64,000 nt of DNA from the NCBI RefSeq assembly GCF_017635265.1, contig NZ_JAGBLU010000100.1, forward strand, positions 24,045 through 88,044, given 5' to 3'. Origin of the DNA: Butyrivibrio sp. Its GTDB lineage: Bacteria; Bacillota; Clostridia; Lachnospirales; Lachnospiraceae. A program made the position numbers and the translations under genes. Of the stretch, positions 1 through 11,787 are shown piece by piece. How positions within the stretch are numbered: position 1 is the stretch's first letter; each line of letters opens with the position of its first letter. The notes below the pieces were generated by a model. It was not told the DNA's origin and ran no database searches. It was given only the letters and a program-made list of their open reading frames with translations.

Positions 1-1
1 C

Positions 2-280
2 AAGAAAAAAGAAAATGATGATCAGGAAAAAGAACTCCTTACAAATGCATTAAATGGATTTGTTATGGCCAGACAGTCAGAGGAATTTCCGATTGCAGGA
101 ATGGACTCTACAACCCTTGATTATCTGATTGGAGCTCTTGCTGTGGAAACAGAGCAGTATGATGTAGCCAGCAAGATGATTTCCGAGATACTGACATCAC
201 GAGTAGCTAACAGCCGTATTAAAGATAAAGCAAGACTCCTCAAGGATATGCTTATCGAGAAAACCGGTGAACAGTCATAA
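2..280 (+). CDS. 3' end of a probable DUF2225-family protein (truncated by the window edge)
   Basis: Frame is open from position 2 to TAA at 278-280. The C-terminal FPIAGMDSTTLDYLIGAL...IKDKARLLKD resembles Lachnospiraceae DUF2225 proteins (recalled, not searched). Confidence 0.5.
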   Translation, partial: KKKENDDQEKELLTNALNGFVMARQSEEFPIAGMDSTTLDYLIGALAVETEQYDVASKMISEILTSRVANSRIKDKARLLKDMLIEKTGEQS

Positions 281-302
281 TTAGACATAGAGAAATTTCC
301 AA

Positions 303-336
303 AAATAAAAGGTGCCCAAGCGGCACCTTTATTTTT
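303..336. terminator. Bidirectional intrinsic terminator between convergent genes
   Basis: AGGTGCC-caagc-GGCACCT stem with an A-tract on the left and a T-tract on the right. Confidence 0.7.
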
Positions 337-661
337 CGTCTTCGTCATCGAAGAACTCTTCTGTGGAAGATGGTTCTTCTTTTGAATCTTCGGTTGATTC
401 TTCAGTTTGTGCGGAATCTGTGGATTCTGCGGAACTGTCAGAATCGGATGTCTTTATATCTACGTACTTTCTTGAAGTAGGTTTAATCTCTTTTTCATCT
501 TCGAGATCGTCCTCAAAGTCCTCATAATCATCAAAATCATCATCGAAGCTGTCAGCTATTTCAGCTTCTCTCTTGGTGAGATAGTAATAAGCACCGGCTG
601 CTGCAGCACCTACTGCTGTGCAAAACAATATAAACTTACCAAAACCACTGTTTTTGGACAT
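329..661 (-). CDS. Small membrane-anchored acidic hypothetical protein
   Basis: GGAGG RBS upstream on the minus strand. N-terminal hydrophobic helix (ILFCTAVGAAAAGAYYYL) and a D/E-rich tail. Confidence 0.75.
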   Translation of the reverse strand: MSKNSGFGKFILFCTAVGAAAAGAYYYLTKREAEIADSFDDDFDDYEDFEDDLEDEKEIKPTSRKYVDIKTSDSDSSAESTDSAQTEESTEDSKEEPSSTEEFFDDEDEK

Positions 662-865
662 CTTAAATTCCTCCTATCGAACGATAAATTAATTTTAATA
701 CAATTTAATTACAAATAAAAGCGTTAATTCATTGATATTCGAAAAAGTTTAAGGAAATCTAATGCTTTTATAAGAATCACGAAATAATTTGAGATGGGCG
801 TGGATGATATAATGTAATGTGCGAAAACATAATTACGTACATCAAACTGAGCGGGAGATCATACA

Positions 866-3800
866 ATGCCAGGGCTGAGATTAAAGAAAATAGCTTTATT
901 ATATATGTTTTTTATATGCTTTCTTTTGATGCCATTTAGCACTATGGCTGCAGATGATGGAGAAGCTTCGGAAGATCACGCCGGCGGAGCTATGGCTGCT
1001 ACAGGGCAGCTTAAAGGTGTAGGATATGCGACCAAGCTCTATAACTCATCAAATGGACTTCCAACATCGGATGCAAATTGCATATTATCAACAAGTGATG
1101 GATATATCTGGGTTGGTGGTTATGCAGGGCTTATGAAATATGACGGTATTTCTTTTGAGAGACAGGATTCAACTACAGGACTTACCAATGCCAACGCGCT
1201 TTTAGAAGATGAGAAAAAAAGAATCTGGGTTGGTACAAATGATAATGGAATACTGGTTTATGACAACGGTGTAACCACCCATAGGTATACCTATTTGGAC
1301 GGACTTAAATCATCTACAATGAGATCCCTTGCTGAAAGCATAGACGGATCTGTTTATGCAGGCTCCACTAATGGAATTTCCTATGTTGACTCAAATATGA
1401 AGCTTCATCTTGTGGATGATTCAATGCTTAGCGATACATACATAATGAAGCTGTGTTCTGACAAAGATGGAAGGATATATGGATGTAACAGAGTTGGTGA
1501 AGTTTTTTGTATTGAAAACGGGGAAATTATTTCATATTTCTCAAGCGATGATCTTGGAATTGAGATGATTACAACTATTTTTGTGGATCCCGAAACACAA
1601 GGATATCTTTATTATGGGACTACATCCGATAAGTTGTATTACGGAAGATTTGGCAGCAAGGGAATGGGACTTAAAAGAATATCCGTAAGTCCTGCCAATG
1701 ATATTTCGTGGATTACGGAGGCAGCAGACAGAATATGGGTTATGTCAGGCAGCGTTGTTGGGTATCTCGATCAGAAAAACAGATATATTACACTTAATAA
1801 TCTGCCTCTTACCAGTCTGATTGGTTCTATGATAGAGGATTATGAAGGAAATCTGTGGTTTTCATCAACGCGTCAGGGGATTATGAAGCTGGTTTCCAAT
1901 AGTTTTGTGGATATTTCTGAGAGAGCGGATGCCGGCAACGAAGTTGTAAATACGACTTGCACATATAATGGCGCTTTGTATGTGGGAACGGAAAAGGGAC
2001 TTGAAATTATAACTTCAGGGAACCATAAAATTGAAAATATCCTGACAGATGAGCTTCAAGGAACCAGAATACGATGCATCATAAAAGATGACGACAATAA
2101 TCTGTGGATTGCAACTTATACGAATGATAAGGGGCTTATTTGTTATACGCGAAACAGACAGATCATAAGATTTGATGAGAAATCAGGCTTTATCTGTAAT
2201 GAAGTCAGAAGTATTGTTAAAAGAGATGATGGTTCTTTACTTGTATCAACCAACAGAGGACTGGCCATAATAAAGGACAAAGAGGTTATAGATACAATAG
2301 GAAAAGAAGGAGAGGTGACCAATACTTTATTTTTAACATCTGCAGAAGGCCCCAATGGAGAAATATACATAGGTACTGATGGCGATGGTATATATATTGT
2401 TGATAAGGATAAAAAAATCAGAAAGCTGGGAAGAAATGACGGACTGACCAGTGATGTTATCATGAGAATAAAAAGGGATAAGGAAAGAGGAGTCTATTGG
2501 GTAATCTCATCCAACGCTCTTGGATATATGAAGGATGAAAAGATTCACATAGTAGAAAAATTTCCCTATTCAAATAATTATGATATTTTCTTTAGTAAGT
2601 CAGGTGATGCATGGGTACTTGCGTCAAATGGAATCTATGTTGCCAATGGGCAGGATATGATAGACGGAAAAGATTTTAAGTACCAGTTTTTTGATGCAGC
2701 AAGTGGACTTCCCAGTGTTCCTACAGGAAATTCCTATAGTGACATAGATGATGAGGGAAATCTTTATATAAGCGGAAGAAGCGGTGTAAGCAGTGTGAAT
2801 ATTGATGACTATATAGATCGTGAAGCTTATGTAAAGGTCTATATCAAATCAATAACTGTCGATGATAAAACCATTAATCCGGAGCAGGATGGAACTTATG
2901 TTATTCCGGCTTCAAGAGGGAGAATTCAGATTTCTGCTTCAATTCTAAATTATACTCTTATCAATCCAAGAGTAAAAATATACCTTGAGGGAGCGGATGA
3001 TGAAGGTGTAACAATGTATCAGAGCAACATGTCGGCTTTGGAATACACTGCACTTCCTCATGGCAACTATAAGCTTCACGTACAGCTTCAGAGCCAGGCA
3101 ACAGGCAATGTATATCAGGATGAGGTCTTTAAAATAAAAAAAGAAGCAAGACCTACAGAAATATTGGCGGTAAGACTTCTTATAATACTTGTTGGAGCAG
3201 CGATTGTAGCGTTTGTGGTATGGCAGATTATGAGCGGAACTGTCATTCGTAAACAGTATGAGCAGATACGCGTGGCCAAAGATGAAGCAGATAGGGCAAA
3301 CAGCGCAAAATCAAGGTTCCTTGCAAATATGTCTCATGAGATACGTACTCCCATAAATACTATAATGGGTATGGATGAAATGATAATGAGGCAGGAAGCG
3401 GATGGAGTTCCCAAAGAGTACTATCAGAGCATAATGAGCTATGCAAGTGATATAAAGAGAGCTTCAGAATCCCTTTTGGGACTTATAAATGACGTACTTG
3501 ACCTGTCTAAAATAGAGTCGGGAAAAGTATACCTTGTGGAGCAGGAATACAGCTTTGAAGAACTTTTAAGATCAATAATTCCAATGATACGGGTAAGGAG
3601 TAATCTAAAGAATCTTGATTTTAAAGTTGAAGTAGACGAAAAGCTTCCGCAAAAGCTATATGGTGATGATGGAAAGATAAGACAGGTCGTATTAAACCTT
3701 TTGACAAATGCAGTTAAGTATACTGAAAAAGGTGGATTTACGCTAAAGGTTGAAAAGGTATGGGGAGATGCTGAAAGCTGTAGGCTAAGATTCAGCGTGA

Positions 3801-5104
3801 CTGATACAGGAATAGGAGTTAAGCCGGAAGATATAGACAAGCTTTTTTCAGCCTTCGAAAGAGTTGACGAAAACAGGAACCGCTCAATACAAGGGACAGG
3901 TCTTGGGCTTCACATTTCAAAACAGTTCGCCGAGCTTATGAAGGGGGAACTTAAGTGTGAAAGCGTCTATGGAAAAGGCTCCACATTTACATTTGAGCTG
4001 GAGCAGAAAGTTATAAGCAGCGATGCTATAGGTGTATTTCATGAGGATAGCGGGGAAGTTAAGGTCGGACCTTATATTCCTGAAGTATATGCCCCTGAAG
4101 GAAAAGTTTTGGTTGTTGATGATGATGCCATGAACAGGCAGGTTATATCAGGGCTCCTTAGCAGAACAGGCTTACAGCTTACTTGCGCAACAAACGGACG
4201 GGAATGTCTGGATAAGCTAAAAGAGGATACGTTCCACTTGGTTTTGCTGGATCATATGATGCCGGTTATGGACGGACTTGAGACTATCAAAGAATTAAGA
4301 AAAGACTATCCTGACCTTCCTGTTCTTATGCTGACTGCCAATGCTGCAAACAGTGGCAATGAGTTCTATAAAAACCATGGCTTTAACGGATATCTTCCAA
4401 AGCCGATAAACGGATCTGATCTTGAAAAGGCAATAAGAGAGTATATTCCAAAAGATCTTTTGACAGAAAAGATTCCGGACAGCGTTGTAGTGGATAATGA
4501 AATGCTTGTTAATGATCCTGGAGATATGTCATGGGTAAAAGATATTGAGGGCATTTCCATTGATGAAGGAATAACGAACTGTGGAAGCAAAGAATCTTTT
4601 GTCAGCGCCCTTACACTTTTTGCCAATACTGTTTCTGACAACTCTGAAGTTATTGAGAAAGCTTATGAAGAAAAAGATATTAAAGCCTACACTATCAAAG
4701 TTCATGCATTAAAGAGTGCTGCAAGGCTGATAGGAGCAATGGATCTTTCTGAACTTGCCAAAAAGCTTGAGGCAGCAGGCAATGATAATGACATTGAGTT
4801 TATCAATGAAAAGACTAAAATTCTTCTTGATAAATATCGTGGATTCAGGGAAAAATTAAGAGTTCTATTGGAGAAGTCTTCTGATGATTCGGATAAAGAG
4901 CTGATTCCTGAAAACGATTTAAAGGAAGCTTATGAAGCTCTTAAAGAATTTACCGGGCAAATGGAGTATGATGGCGCTATAATGGTAGTTGAGCAGGTAA
5001 AAAAGTACAGGCTTCCCGATAAAGATAAGAAAGTGTTTGATAATATAGAACATGCTTTAAAGCAATTTGATTGGGACAAAGTGGAAAACGAACTAAAGAC
5101 ATGA
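866..5104 (+). CDS. Hybrid sensor histidine kinase: extracellular beta-propeller repeats + Y_Y_Y-like domain, TM, HisKA, HATPase, REC, Hpt
   Basis: Signal peptide; repeated 'IWVGT..G' propeller blades; H-box [12 protein letters not shown]; N-box [10 protein letters not shown]; G1 DTGIG; G2 GTGLGL; REC LLDHMMP; Hpt KVHALKSAARLIGA. Confidence 0.92.
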   Translation: MPGLRLKKIALLYMFFICFLLMPFSTMAADDGEASEDHAGGAMAATGQLKGVGYATKLYNSSNGLPTSDANCILSTSDGYIWVGGYAGLMKYDGISFERQDSTTGLTNANALLEDEKKRIWVGTNDNGILVYDNGVTTHRYTYLDGLKSSTMRSLAESIDGSVYAGSTNGISYVDSNMKLHLVDDSMLSDTYIMKLCSDKDGRIYGCNRVGEVFCIENGEIISYFSSDDLGIEMITTIFVDPETQGYLYYGTTSDKLYYGRFGSKGMGLKRISVSPANDISWITEAADRIWVMSGSVVGYLDQKNRYITLNNLPLTSLIGSMIEDYEGNLWFSSTRQGIMKLVSNSFVDISERADAGNEVVNTTCTYNGALYVGTEKGLEIITSGNHKIENILTDELQGTRIRCIIKDDDNNLWIATYTNDKGLICYTRNRQIIRFDEKSGFICNEVRSIVKRDDGSLLVSTNRGLAIIKDKEVIDTIGKEGEVTNTLFLTSAEGPNGEIYIGTDGDGIYIVDKDKKIRKLGRNDGLTSDVIMRIKRDKERGVYWVISSNALGYMKDEKIHIVEKFPYSNNYDIFFSKSGDAWVLASNGIYVANGQDMIDGKDFKYQFFDAASGLPSVPTGNSYSDIDDEGNLYISGRSGVSSVNIDDYIDREAYVKVYIKSITVDDKTINPEQDGTYVIPASRGRIQISASILNYTLINPRVKIYLEGADDEGVTMYQSNMSALEYTALPHGNYKLHVQLQSQATGNVYQDEVFKIKKEARPTEILAVRLLIILVGAAIVAFVVWQIMSGTVIRKQYEQIRVAKDEADRANSAKSRFLANMSHEIRTPINTIMGMDEMIMRQEADGVPKEYYQSIMSYASDIKRASESLLGLINDVLDLSKIESGKVYLVEQEYSFEELLRSIIPMIRVRSNLKNLDFKVEVDEKLPQKLYGDDGKIRQVVLNLLTNAVKYTEKGGFTLKVEKVWGDAESCRLRFSVTDTGIGVKPEDIDKLFSAFERVDENRNRSIQGTGLGLHISKQFAELMKGELKCESVYGKGSTFTFELEQKVISSDAIGVFHEDSGEVKVGPYIPEVYAPEGKVLVVDDDAMNRQVISGLLSRTGLQLTCATNGRECLDKLKEDTFHLVLLDHMMPVMDGLETIKELRKDYPDLPVLMLTANAANSGNEFYKNHGFNGYLPKPINGSDLEKAIREYIPKDLLTEKIPDSVVVDNEMLVNDPGDMSWVKDIEGISIDEGITNCGSKESFVSALTLFANTVSDNSEVIEKAYEEKDIKAYTIKVHALKSAARLIGAMDLSELAKKLEAAGNDNDIEFINEKTKILLDKYRGFREKLRVLLEKSSDDSDKELIPENDLKEAYEALKEFTGQMEYDGAIMVVEQVKKYRLPDKDKKVFDNIEHALKQFDWDKVENELKT

Positions 5105-5123
5105 TAATAACGGAGGATTCATT

Positions 5124-5885
5124 ATGTTTTTCGGCTCAGGTAAGGTTTTGGTAATAGGAGAAAAAGAGACTTTTATCATCAAAGTACTACTCGGTAAATT
5201 AAATGATGCTAAGATTGAAACTGCTTTTGCCTCAGAGGATGTAAATGCAATTAATGCAAATTGGCCCGATAATGGAACAATTATCTATTATATGGAGGCC
5301 GGTGACAGGCTTACTCCGGAGATCGAGACTTTTCTAAAGGATAAGCTCTCCGAAGACAATAAGCAGCTTTTTGTTATTGGAGACATTGTTGATACAAGAA
5401 GCGTAACTGATAATTTTCCTCCGCACCTGATCGGAAAAGTATTTGGAAGACCTCTTGATTATGATGCTTTTATCAATGCTGTTTCCATTTATTTTAATTT
5501 GGAAGCAGAAGGCGAGATGAAAAAGAGCATTTTAATTGTGGATGATGATCCCAATTATATGGGACTTGTAAGGGAATGGCTTAAAGACACTTATAAAGTT
5601 TCAATGGCCAATTCCGGCATGCGAGCTATTAAATGGTTAAGTGTTAATAAAGCTGATTTGATACTTCTGGACTATGAAATGCCGGTTACATCAGGACCAC
5701 AGGTTCTCGAAATGTTAAGAAGCGATCAGGAAACTAAAGATACTCCGGTTATCTTTCTTACAGGTAAGGATGATAAGGAAAGTGTAATGGCAGTTCTTTC
5801 CCTTAAGCCTGAGGGCTATGTGCTTAAGACAAGCGGAAAGGATGGAATAGTAAACACAATTCGTAAATTCTTTATGTCAAGGTGA
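5124..5885 (+). CDS. Response regulator with a degenerate N-terminal REC-like domain and a C-terminal REC domain; no DNA-binding output
   Basis: C-terminal ILIVDDD...LILLDYEMP...IFLTG...YVLK; GGAGG RBS. Confidence 0.85.
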   Translation: MFFGSGKVLVIGEKETFIIKVLLGKLNDAKIETAFASEDVNAINANWPDNGTIIYYMEAGDRLTPEIETFLKDKLSEDNKQLFVIGDIVDTRSVTDNFPPHLIGKVFGRPLDYDAFINAVSIYFNLEAEGEMKKSILIVDDDPNYMGLVREWLKDTYKVSMANSGMRAIKWLSVNKADLILLDYEMPVTSGPQVLEMLRSDQETKDTPVIFLTGKDDKESVMAVLSLKPEGYVLKTSGKDGIVNTIRKFFMSR

Positions 5886-5895
5886 ATGTAGTCTG

Positions 5896-8800
5896 ATGGA
5901 GAAAAAGAGTTTTAAAGATTATTCAATCAGAGAAATTAATATCTACAGAGTCTGCATCATATTAGAGGGAATAGTTCTGAACATTTTGTTATCAAGAGTT
6001 TGCGTATGGCTTAAAATACCGCTTTTTCTTGATACGGCAGGGACTATTTTTGCCTCGGCTGAGTGCGGCCTTTTTGCAGGTATCGTGGTGGCATTGACAT
6101 CTAACGTACTTGGCAATTATTTCAGCAGTACTTCAATGTATTTTGCTCTGGTTAATATTTCTGTTGCTTTATGCTCCAACAGATTCTTTTATAAAAACTA
6201 CTTAAAGAAGAAAAAAGGAATCATTGTATATATTGCAGTAATAGCCTTTGTAAGCGGTATTCTTTCTGCCTTCATTGAGTGGTCCTTAATCGGAGTGCCT
6301 AAAAATCCACTGATTTCAGGAGCAACACAATTTCTTTCAAATAGCGCAGGACTCCCGTATATGCTTTCTTTTGTGCTATCCGATATTGCTGTGAATGTGA
6401 TTGACAAAGCATTTACAGTAGCCATAGGACTTTTTATTGTGTGGATTATTCCGGGGCATGTCAGAGAAGGTATATGGAACAGGGAGTATAACTATGCGGA
6501 GATAGCCAGGGAACAGTTTAACTCAGGTGAGTATGACAATGTCAACCGCAAGCAGATAAGGGGAAAACTTCTTGCCATAATCGCTCTTGAAGCAACATTT
6601 TTATCTGCAGTTATTTCTTATATGAGTATATCTTTGTATAATGAAAATGCTGTAAAAGAAAGAATTGAGCAGGTAACAGGTGTAACCAAGCTTATAGCCG
6701 GTGCTTTAGACGGCGACATGATTCCATATTTTTTGGAAACGGGGTTTGCCAGCAGGGAATATCTGGATATGGAAGCTCTTTTGGTGGCTACCTGTGCCAA
6801 TTCGCCGGGAATAGAATATACCTACATATATCAGATTAAGGAAGACGGATGCAGAATAATATTTGACTCTGATCCCAACTTTAAGGAAAATGGAGAGGTT
6901 GGTGAGTTTTTGGCTTTCGATGAAGATTTTCTGGAATATATTCCGGATCTTCTTGAGGGAAAAAGAATTGAACCTATAGAAACAAGGGATAAATATGGAT
7001 GGTTTATAACTGCCTACGAGCCTGTTTATAACAGCAGCGGTGAGTGTGTTGCCTATGTCGGAGCAGATATGTCTATGATGGATCTGCTCAGTTATATACA
7101 TGACTTTACGATAAGAGTGCTTTTGGTAGCTTTAAGCTTCCTTATACTTAGCATATCGCTTGGTATATGGCTTGCAGCTAATTATCACAATATATTGGAC
7201 AGACAGTATGATCTTCTGCAGAAGGCAAAAGAAGATGCTGACAGCGCAAATAGGGCAAAGACAAGGTTTCTTGCAAATATGTCCCATGAGATAAGAACGC
7301 CTATAAATACCATTATGGGAATGGATGAAATGATCCTCAGAGAGGATGCTACAGGCATTTCTGAGGAATATTCCGGTGCAATAAGAAATTATGCCGTGTC
7401 TATCAAAAAGGCATCTGAAATTTTACTGGGACTTATAAATGACATCCTTGATCTGTCCAAAATAGAATCGGGGAAAATGAACTTGATAGAAACAAACTAT
7501 GACACGGCGGAAGCTATCAGAAATGTAGTGTCAATGATACGTGTCAGAAGTAATGAAAAAGGATTAAATTTTAAGGTTGAAATAGACAGAGACATTCCTA
7601 AAACTCTTTATGGAGATGTGGGAAAGCTTAAACAGATTGTCTTAAATCTACTTACCAATGCTCTTAAATATACTGATGAGGGCGGTTTTACGCTGAAAAT
7701 AGCTCTAATTGAAAAAAGAGAAAACAGTTGCATTTTGTATTTTGGGGTTAAGGATACCGGAATCGGTATCAGAAAAGAGGATATTAAAAAGATATTTGCC
7801 CCCTTTGAAAGAGTAGATGAAGTAAAGAATGAAGCTGTTCAGGGAACAGGCCTTGGGCTTAATATTTCGCGTCAGTTTGTCAAGCTCATGGGAAGTGAGC
7901 TTAAATGCGAAAGCGAATACGGAGAAGGATCAATATTTTTCTTTACACTTGAGCAAAAAGTTATAAACAGTGAGCCGATAGGGGAGTTTGTAGAAAAGTA
8001 TGATGAAAAGCCTTCGGGCAGGTATATTCCTAAATTCATAGCTCCTGAAGCAAAAATCATGGTGGTTGATGACAACGAAATGAACCTTCAGGTCATTTGC
8101 GGTCTGTTAAAAGGAACAAAGGCCAAAGTTGTAACAGCCATGAGCGGCAGAGAATGCCTTGAAAAGCTTGATGAGAGTTTTCATCTTATTTTGCTTGACC
8201 ATATGATGCCTGAAATGGACGGAATAGAGACTCTTCATGAGATACAAAAAATCACAGTTGATATACCGGTAATTGCACTTACTGCAAATGCCGCTTATGA
8301 TGGGAAAAACTATTATAAGAGTCAGGGATTTATAGATTATCTTGCCAAGCCTGTAAATGGAGATCAGTTTGAAGAGACAATAATAAAATACATACCTGAC
8401 AGATTGATTCTGGAAGCTGACGGGGATGAAACCTTGGAAGAAGCAATGCTTCCCAAGGAAATGCTGAAACTAAAAGATATTGAAGAGATAAGCATAGATG
8501 ATGGTCTTAATTTCTGCGGAAGTGTAGAATCCCTTGAAAAGTTTCTTGATACCTTCTATGGAAGCATAGATGAAAAGTCCAAAGAAATAGAAGATGCCTA
8601 TAACGCAGAGGATTATGAGTTTTATACGATCAAGGTTCATGCGTTAAAGAGCACATCCAGAATAATAGGAGCCAAAAAACTTTCTGCCCTTGCCCTTAGT
8701 CTTGAAGAAGCCGGGAAGGCAGGTAATATTGAACTGATAAAAGACAAGACGGCAGAGCTTTTATTCCTATATAGAAGCTATAAGGAAATACTGAGTGGAT

Positions 8801-9036
8801 ATGCCGGAGAAAGGCACAAAGGTAATGCACATAAGGAGTCTGTTTCAGATGAAATATTGCAGGATGCCCATAACGCATTAAAAGAGCTGATACAGACTAC
8901 GGACTATGACGGAGTAGAAATGGTCATTTCCGAACTTGAAAAATACAGCCTTCCCCCTGCAGAACAGGAAAAAATCGCCAATCTGAAATCACTCCTTACA
9001 AAGGCAGATTGGGATGAAATGGAAAAACTGATGTAA
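5896..9036 (+). CDS. Hybrid histidine kinase: N-terminal multi-TM ECF S-component-like module, Cache-like extracellular domain, HisKA, HATPase, REC, Hpt
   Basis: [29 protein letters not shown] membrane segment; TM-flanked region with YTYIY...[23 protein letters not shown]; SHEIRTP; NALKYT; LLDHMMP; [14 protein letters not shown]. Confidence 0.9.
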   Translation: MEKKSFKDYSIREINIYRVCIILEGIVLNILLSRVCVWLKIPLFLDTAGTIFASAECGLFAGIVVALTSNVLGNYFSSTSMYFALVNISVALCSNRFFYKNYLKKKKGIIVYIAVIAFVSGILSAFIEWSLIGVPKNPLISGATQFLSNSAGLPYMLSFVLSDIAVNVIDKAFTVAIGLFIVWIIPGHVREGIWNREYNYAEIAREQFNSGEYDNVNRKQIRGKLLAIIALEATFLSAVISYMSISLYNENAVKERIEQVTGVTKLIAGALDGDMIPYFLETGFASREYLDMEALLVATCANSPGIEYTYIYQIKEDGCRIIFDSDPNFKENGEVGEFLAFDEDFLEYIPDLLEGKRIEPIETRDKYGWFITAYEPVYNSSGECVAYVGADMSMMDLLSYIHDFTIRVLLVALSFLILSISLGIWLAANYHNILDRQYDLLQKAKEDADSANRAKTRFLANMSHEIRTPINTIMGMDEMILREDATGISEEYSGAIRNYAVSIKKASEILLGLINDILDLSKIESGKMNLIETNYDTAEAIRNVVSMIRVRSNEKGLNFKVEIDRDIPKTLYGDVGKLKQIVLNLLTNALKYTDEGGFTLKIALIEKRENSCILYFGVKDTGIGIRKEDIKKIFAPFERVDEVKNEAVQGTGLGLNISRQFVKLMGSELKCESEYGEGSIFFFTLEQKVINSEPIGEFVEKYDEKPSGRYIPKFIAPEAKIMVVDDNEMNLQVICGLLKGTKAKVVTAMSGRECLEKLDESFHLILLDHMMPEMDGIETLHEIQKITVDIPVIALTANAAYDGKNYYKSQGFIDYLAKPVNGDQFEETIIKYIPDRLILEADGDETLEEAMLPKEMLKLKDIEEISIDDGLNFCGSVESLEKFLDTFYGSIDEKSKEIEDAYNAEDYEFYTIKVHALKSTSRIIGAKKLSALALSLEEAGKAGNIELIKDKTAELLFLYRSYKEILSGYAGERHKGNAHKESVSDEILQDAHNALKELIQTTDYDGVEMVISELEKYSLPPAEQEKIANLKSLLTKADWDEMEKLM

Positions 9037-9052
9037 GCAAAATCTTCCATTT

Positions 9053-9111
9053 AGGAGCAGCGACCGGGAGCCATCGGTGCGCAGCACATATGGCTCCCGG
9101 TCGCTGCTCCT
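9053..9111. repeat. GC-rich perfect 22-bp inverted repeat (REP-like hairpin) between convergent kinase genes
   Basis: AGGAGCAGCGACCGGGAGCCAT (9053-9074) / ATGGCTCCCGGTCGCTGCTCCT (9090-9111). The loop contains GTGC-gca-GCAC. Confidence 0.85.
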
Positions 9112-11627
9112 TAGTGGGAAGATAGGATTTCATCGACTTTGTCCCAATCAAAGGCTTTGAGGGCTTTTGAAATTTCGGCGAAGGTTTCAGTGTCTGCAGG
9201 AGGAAGATCGTATTTTTCAAGTTGGGATAGAATCAGTTCGGCGCTGTCGTAATCCATTTGTGTTGCAGTTTCTTTAAAGGTCTCATAGGCGTTTTTTAGA
9301 TCCTCGGAGGATATTTTATCTTTTACAGCTTCGTTTGAGGTATTGTGAGAGTTTAGGCGGGAGAGCTTTTCCTTATAGGATCTGTACATGGTAAGAAGCT
9401 CATTGTGGTGTGCTGATATAAATGCTATGTCGCCTCTGTTTCCTGCATCCTCCATTTTCCTGGCAAGTTCTGAAAGGCTGTTGGCACCAATGATCCTTGA
9501 GGAACTCTTAAGAGCGTGTACCTTGATAGTGTAAAGCTTTATATCTTCTTCGGCATAGGCATTTTCTATAACCTTCGCATTCTCGTCAATAGTATCAAGG
9601 AAAAGCTGAACCGAGAATATATATCCTGTGACTCCGCCGCAGTTTTTTATTCCGGATGCTACATCAATATCATCCAGCTCTTCAAGCCATTTCATATCAG
9701 GAGGAAGTTCCATGGTATCTTCATTTACAAGTTGCGGCTCCAGCTTTGTTACCAGTTCTTCCGGCAGGTTTTTGATAATTATCCTTTCAAGAGCTGCTGA
9801 ATCAATTGGTTTACTGATATATCCGCAAAAGCCCTTTGAACCATAGAACTCATCTCCGTTTGCCATATAGTTGGCGGTAAGGGCAACGGCAGGGATGGTT
9901 TTATTGATTTCCCGTACCTTTTCAAGTGTTTCTATGCCGTCCATTCCGGGCATCATGTGGTCTAAAAGAAGCAGGTCATAAGAATTTTCTTTTATAAGGT
10001 CAATGCAGGCATATCCGGATTCGGCAGTATCTACTTGAACCTTTGTTGATTTTAGAAGCCCCTTTAAAACTGACAGATTCATGGAATTGTCATCTACAAC
10101 AAGAAGCTTTGCATTCTCGGCGGTAAAGCTTGGAAGATACATTCCTACTGATTTGGTGTCATCAGTTTCTTTGAATTGACCTATCGGAGTTTCATCTATA
10201 ACCTTCTGACTTACATTAAAGGTAAAGACAGAGCCTTCTCCATAGACACTTTTGCACGTCAGGCTCCCTCCCAAAAGTTCGGAAAACTGCTTGGAGATGT
10301 CAAGCCCAAGACCGGTTCCCTGAATTCCATTGTTTTTTTCTTCATCAAGTCGCTCAAATGCTGTGAAAAGTTTTGGGATATCCTCTTCCTTTACACCGAT
10401 TCCGGTATCTTTTACCGAGAACAGGAGATTGTATGTGCCTGAATTTTTGCCAAGAACCTTTGCTGTAAGTGTAAAACCGCCTTTATCCGTGTATTTAACG
10501 GCATTTGTTAAAAGATTCAAAATGATCTGTTTAATCTTTCCCATATCGCCGTAAAGCCTTGTGGGAAGGCTTTGGTCAATATCAAGATCAAATGTCAGGT
10601 CTTTTTGGTTACTTCTTATACGGATCATAGTGATAACTCCACGGAGAAGTTCCTGAACATTGTATTCCTGCTCTACCAGATGCATCTTTCCCGATTCAAT
10701 TTTTGAAATATCAAGAATATCGTTGATAAGTCCGAGAAGTGATTCAGAAGCATATTTTATATCCAGTGCATAATTGGTAATTGACATAAAATAAGACTTT
10801 GGAACATCGGTTGCATCTTCCCTCAGGATCATTTCGTCCATTCCGAGAATCGTGTTGATAGGTGTCCTTATCTCATGGGACATGTTAGCCAAAAATCGCG
10901 ATTTTGCCGTATTGGCTCTTTCTGCTGCAATCTTGGCTTCCTGTAATTTATTCATGTTTATAATTTCGAAAACATAAATAAGAACAATCATTCCAACAAT
11001 TGTTATGTTGGTAAGTGAGAGCCCGTAGGAAAAAATCTGTATTATGGTGGCTATATAGGGGAGAATGCTAAAGGTCAGAAGAAAAGCGGTGGAACCTTTT
11101 CCTATGTAGCGTCTGTATTTAACTATAGCCATTATTTGCAGAAGCGTAATAGCAAGAGGGAAGGTATAGGATATTATAAATCCGGGATTTCTTACGTAGC
11201 GGTTTGAAGCATCAAAGGTGTAATAAAAGTGGGTAAAAATATTTAAGATGATCATCACGCTTCCGATAGTGAAAAGAACCTCGCAGATGACCAGAGATAA
11301 AGGCGGTGTTTTATGATGAGCAGTCTCTTTTACGATGTCCATAACATACAGATTAAATGCATGGGAAACAAATAAGGAAAGGAAATAAACGAGAAAATTA
11401 CTGATTCTTACCATCCAGTATCCTTTGTCTGATATATCCCCTCTGTATATGTAGGCAAGTCTGTCAAATATGAGAAGAAACATGGCAGACAATTCCATGG
11501 ACACAAGTGCATGCTTACGTATCATGGTAAGAGTTTTTGTGGACAGAGCAAGTATAGTCAATACTCCGCAGCCACCACTTAAAAAGAGCATAATATCAAG
11601 TTGGTAAGTTCTCAGAAAATCGTACAT
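9111..11627 (-). CDS. Hybrid histidine kinase with an integral membrane (~7 TM) sensor, REC and Hpt
   Basis: Hydrophobic N-terminal ~230 aa; SHEIRTP; NAVKYT; LLDHMMP; [14 protein letters not shown]. Start placed at MYDFL (GCAGGTG RBS); the ORF extends to 11663. Confidence 0.9.
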   Translation of the reverse strand: MYDFLRTYQLDIMLFLSGGCGVLTILALSTKTLTMIRKHALVSMELSAMFLLIFDRLAYIYRGDISDKGYWMVRISNFLVYFLSLFVSHAFNLYVMDIVKETAHHKTPPLSLVICEVLFTIGSVMIILNIFTHFYYTFDASNRYVRNPGFIISYTFPLAITLLQIMAIVKYRRYIGKGSTAFLLTFSILPYIATIIQIFSYGLSLTNITIVGMIVLIYVFEIINMNKLQEAKIAAERANTAKSRFLANMSHEIRTPINTILGMDEMILREDATDVPKSYFMSITNYALDIKYASESLLGLINDILDISKIESGKMHLVEQEYNVQELLRGVITMIRIRSNQKDLTFDLDIDQSLPTRLYGDMGKIKQIILNLLTNAVKYTDKGGFTLTAKVLGKNSGTYNLLFSVKDTGIGVKEEDIPKLFTAFERLDEEKNNGIQGTGLGLDISKQFSELLGGSLTCKSVYGEGSVFTFNVSQKVIDETPIGQFKETDDTKSVGMYLPSFTAENAKLLVVDDNSMNLSVLKGLLKSTKVQVDTAESGYACIDLIKENSYDLLLLDHMMPGMDGIETLEKVREINKTIPAVALTANYMANGDEFYGSKGFCGYISKPIDSAALERIIIKNLPEELVTKLEPQLVNEDTMELPPDMKWLEELDDIDVASGIKNCGGVTGYIFSVQLFLDTIDENAKVIENAYAEEDIKLYTIKVHALKSSSRIIGANSLSELARKMEDAGNRGDIAFISAHHNELLTMYRSYKEKLSRLNSHNTSNEAVKDKISSEDLKNAYETFKETATQMDYDSAELILSQLEKYDLPPADTETFAEISKALKAFDWDKVDEILSSH

Positions 11628-11787
11628 AAAAGCACCTGCCAAATGTGTATTTATAGCTATCATAAGTATAGCATACTTAATGATTAAAAATTGATAAAAA
11701 ACGGTAAAACGTTTGAAGTAGACCGGTAAAGGTGCTATATTTAAATTAGACTGTTGTAGTCAATATAGACTTCATAGGGTGTACAGG

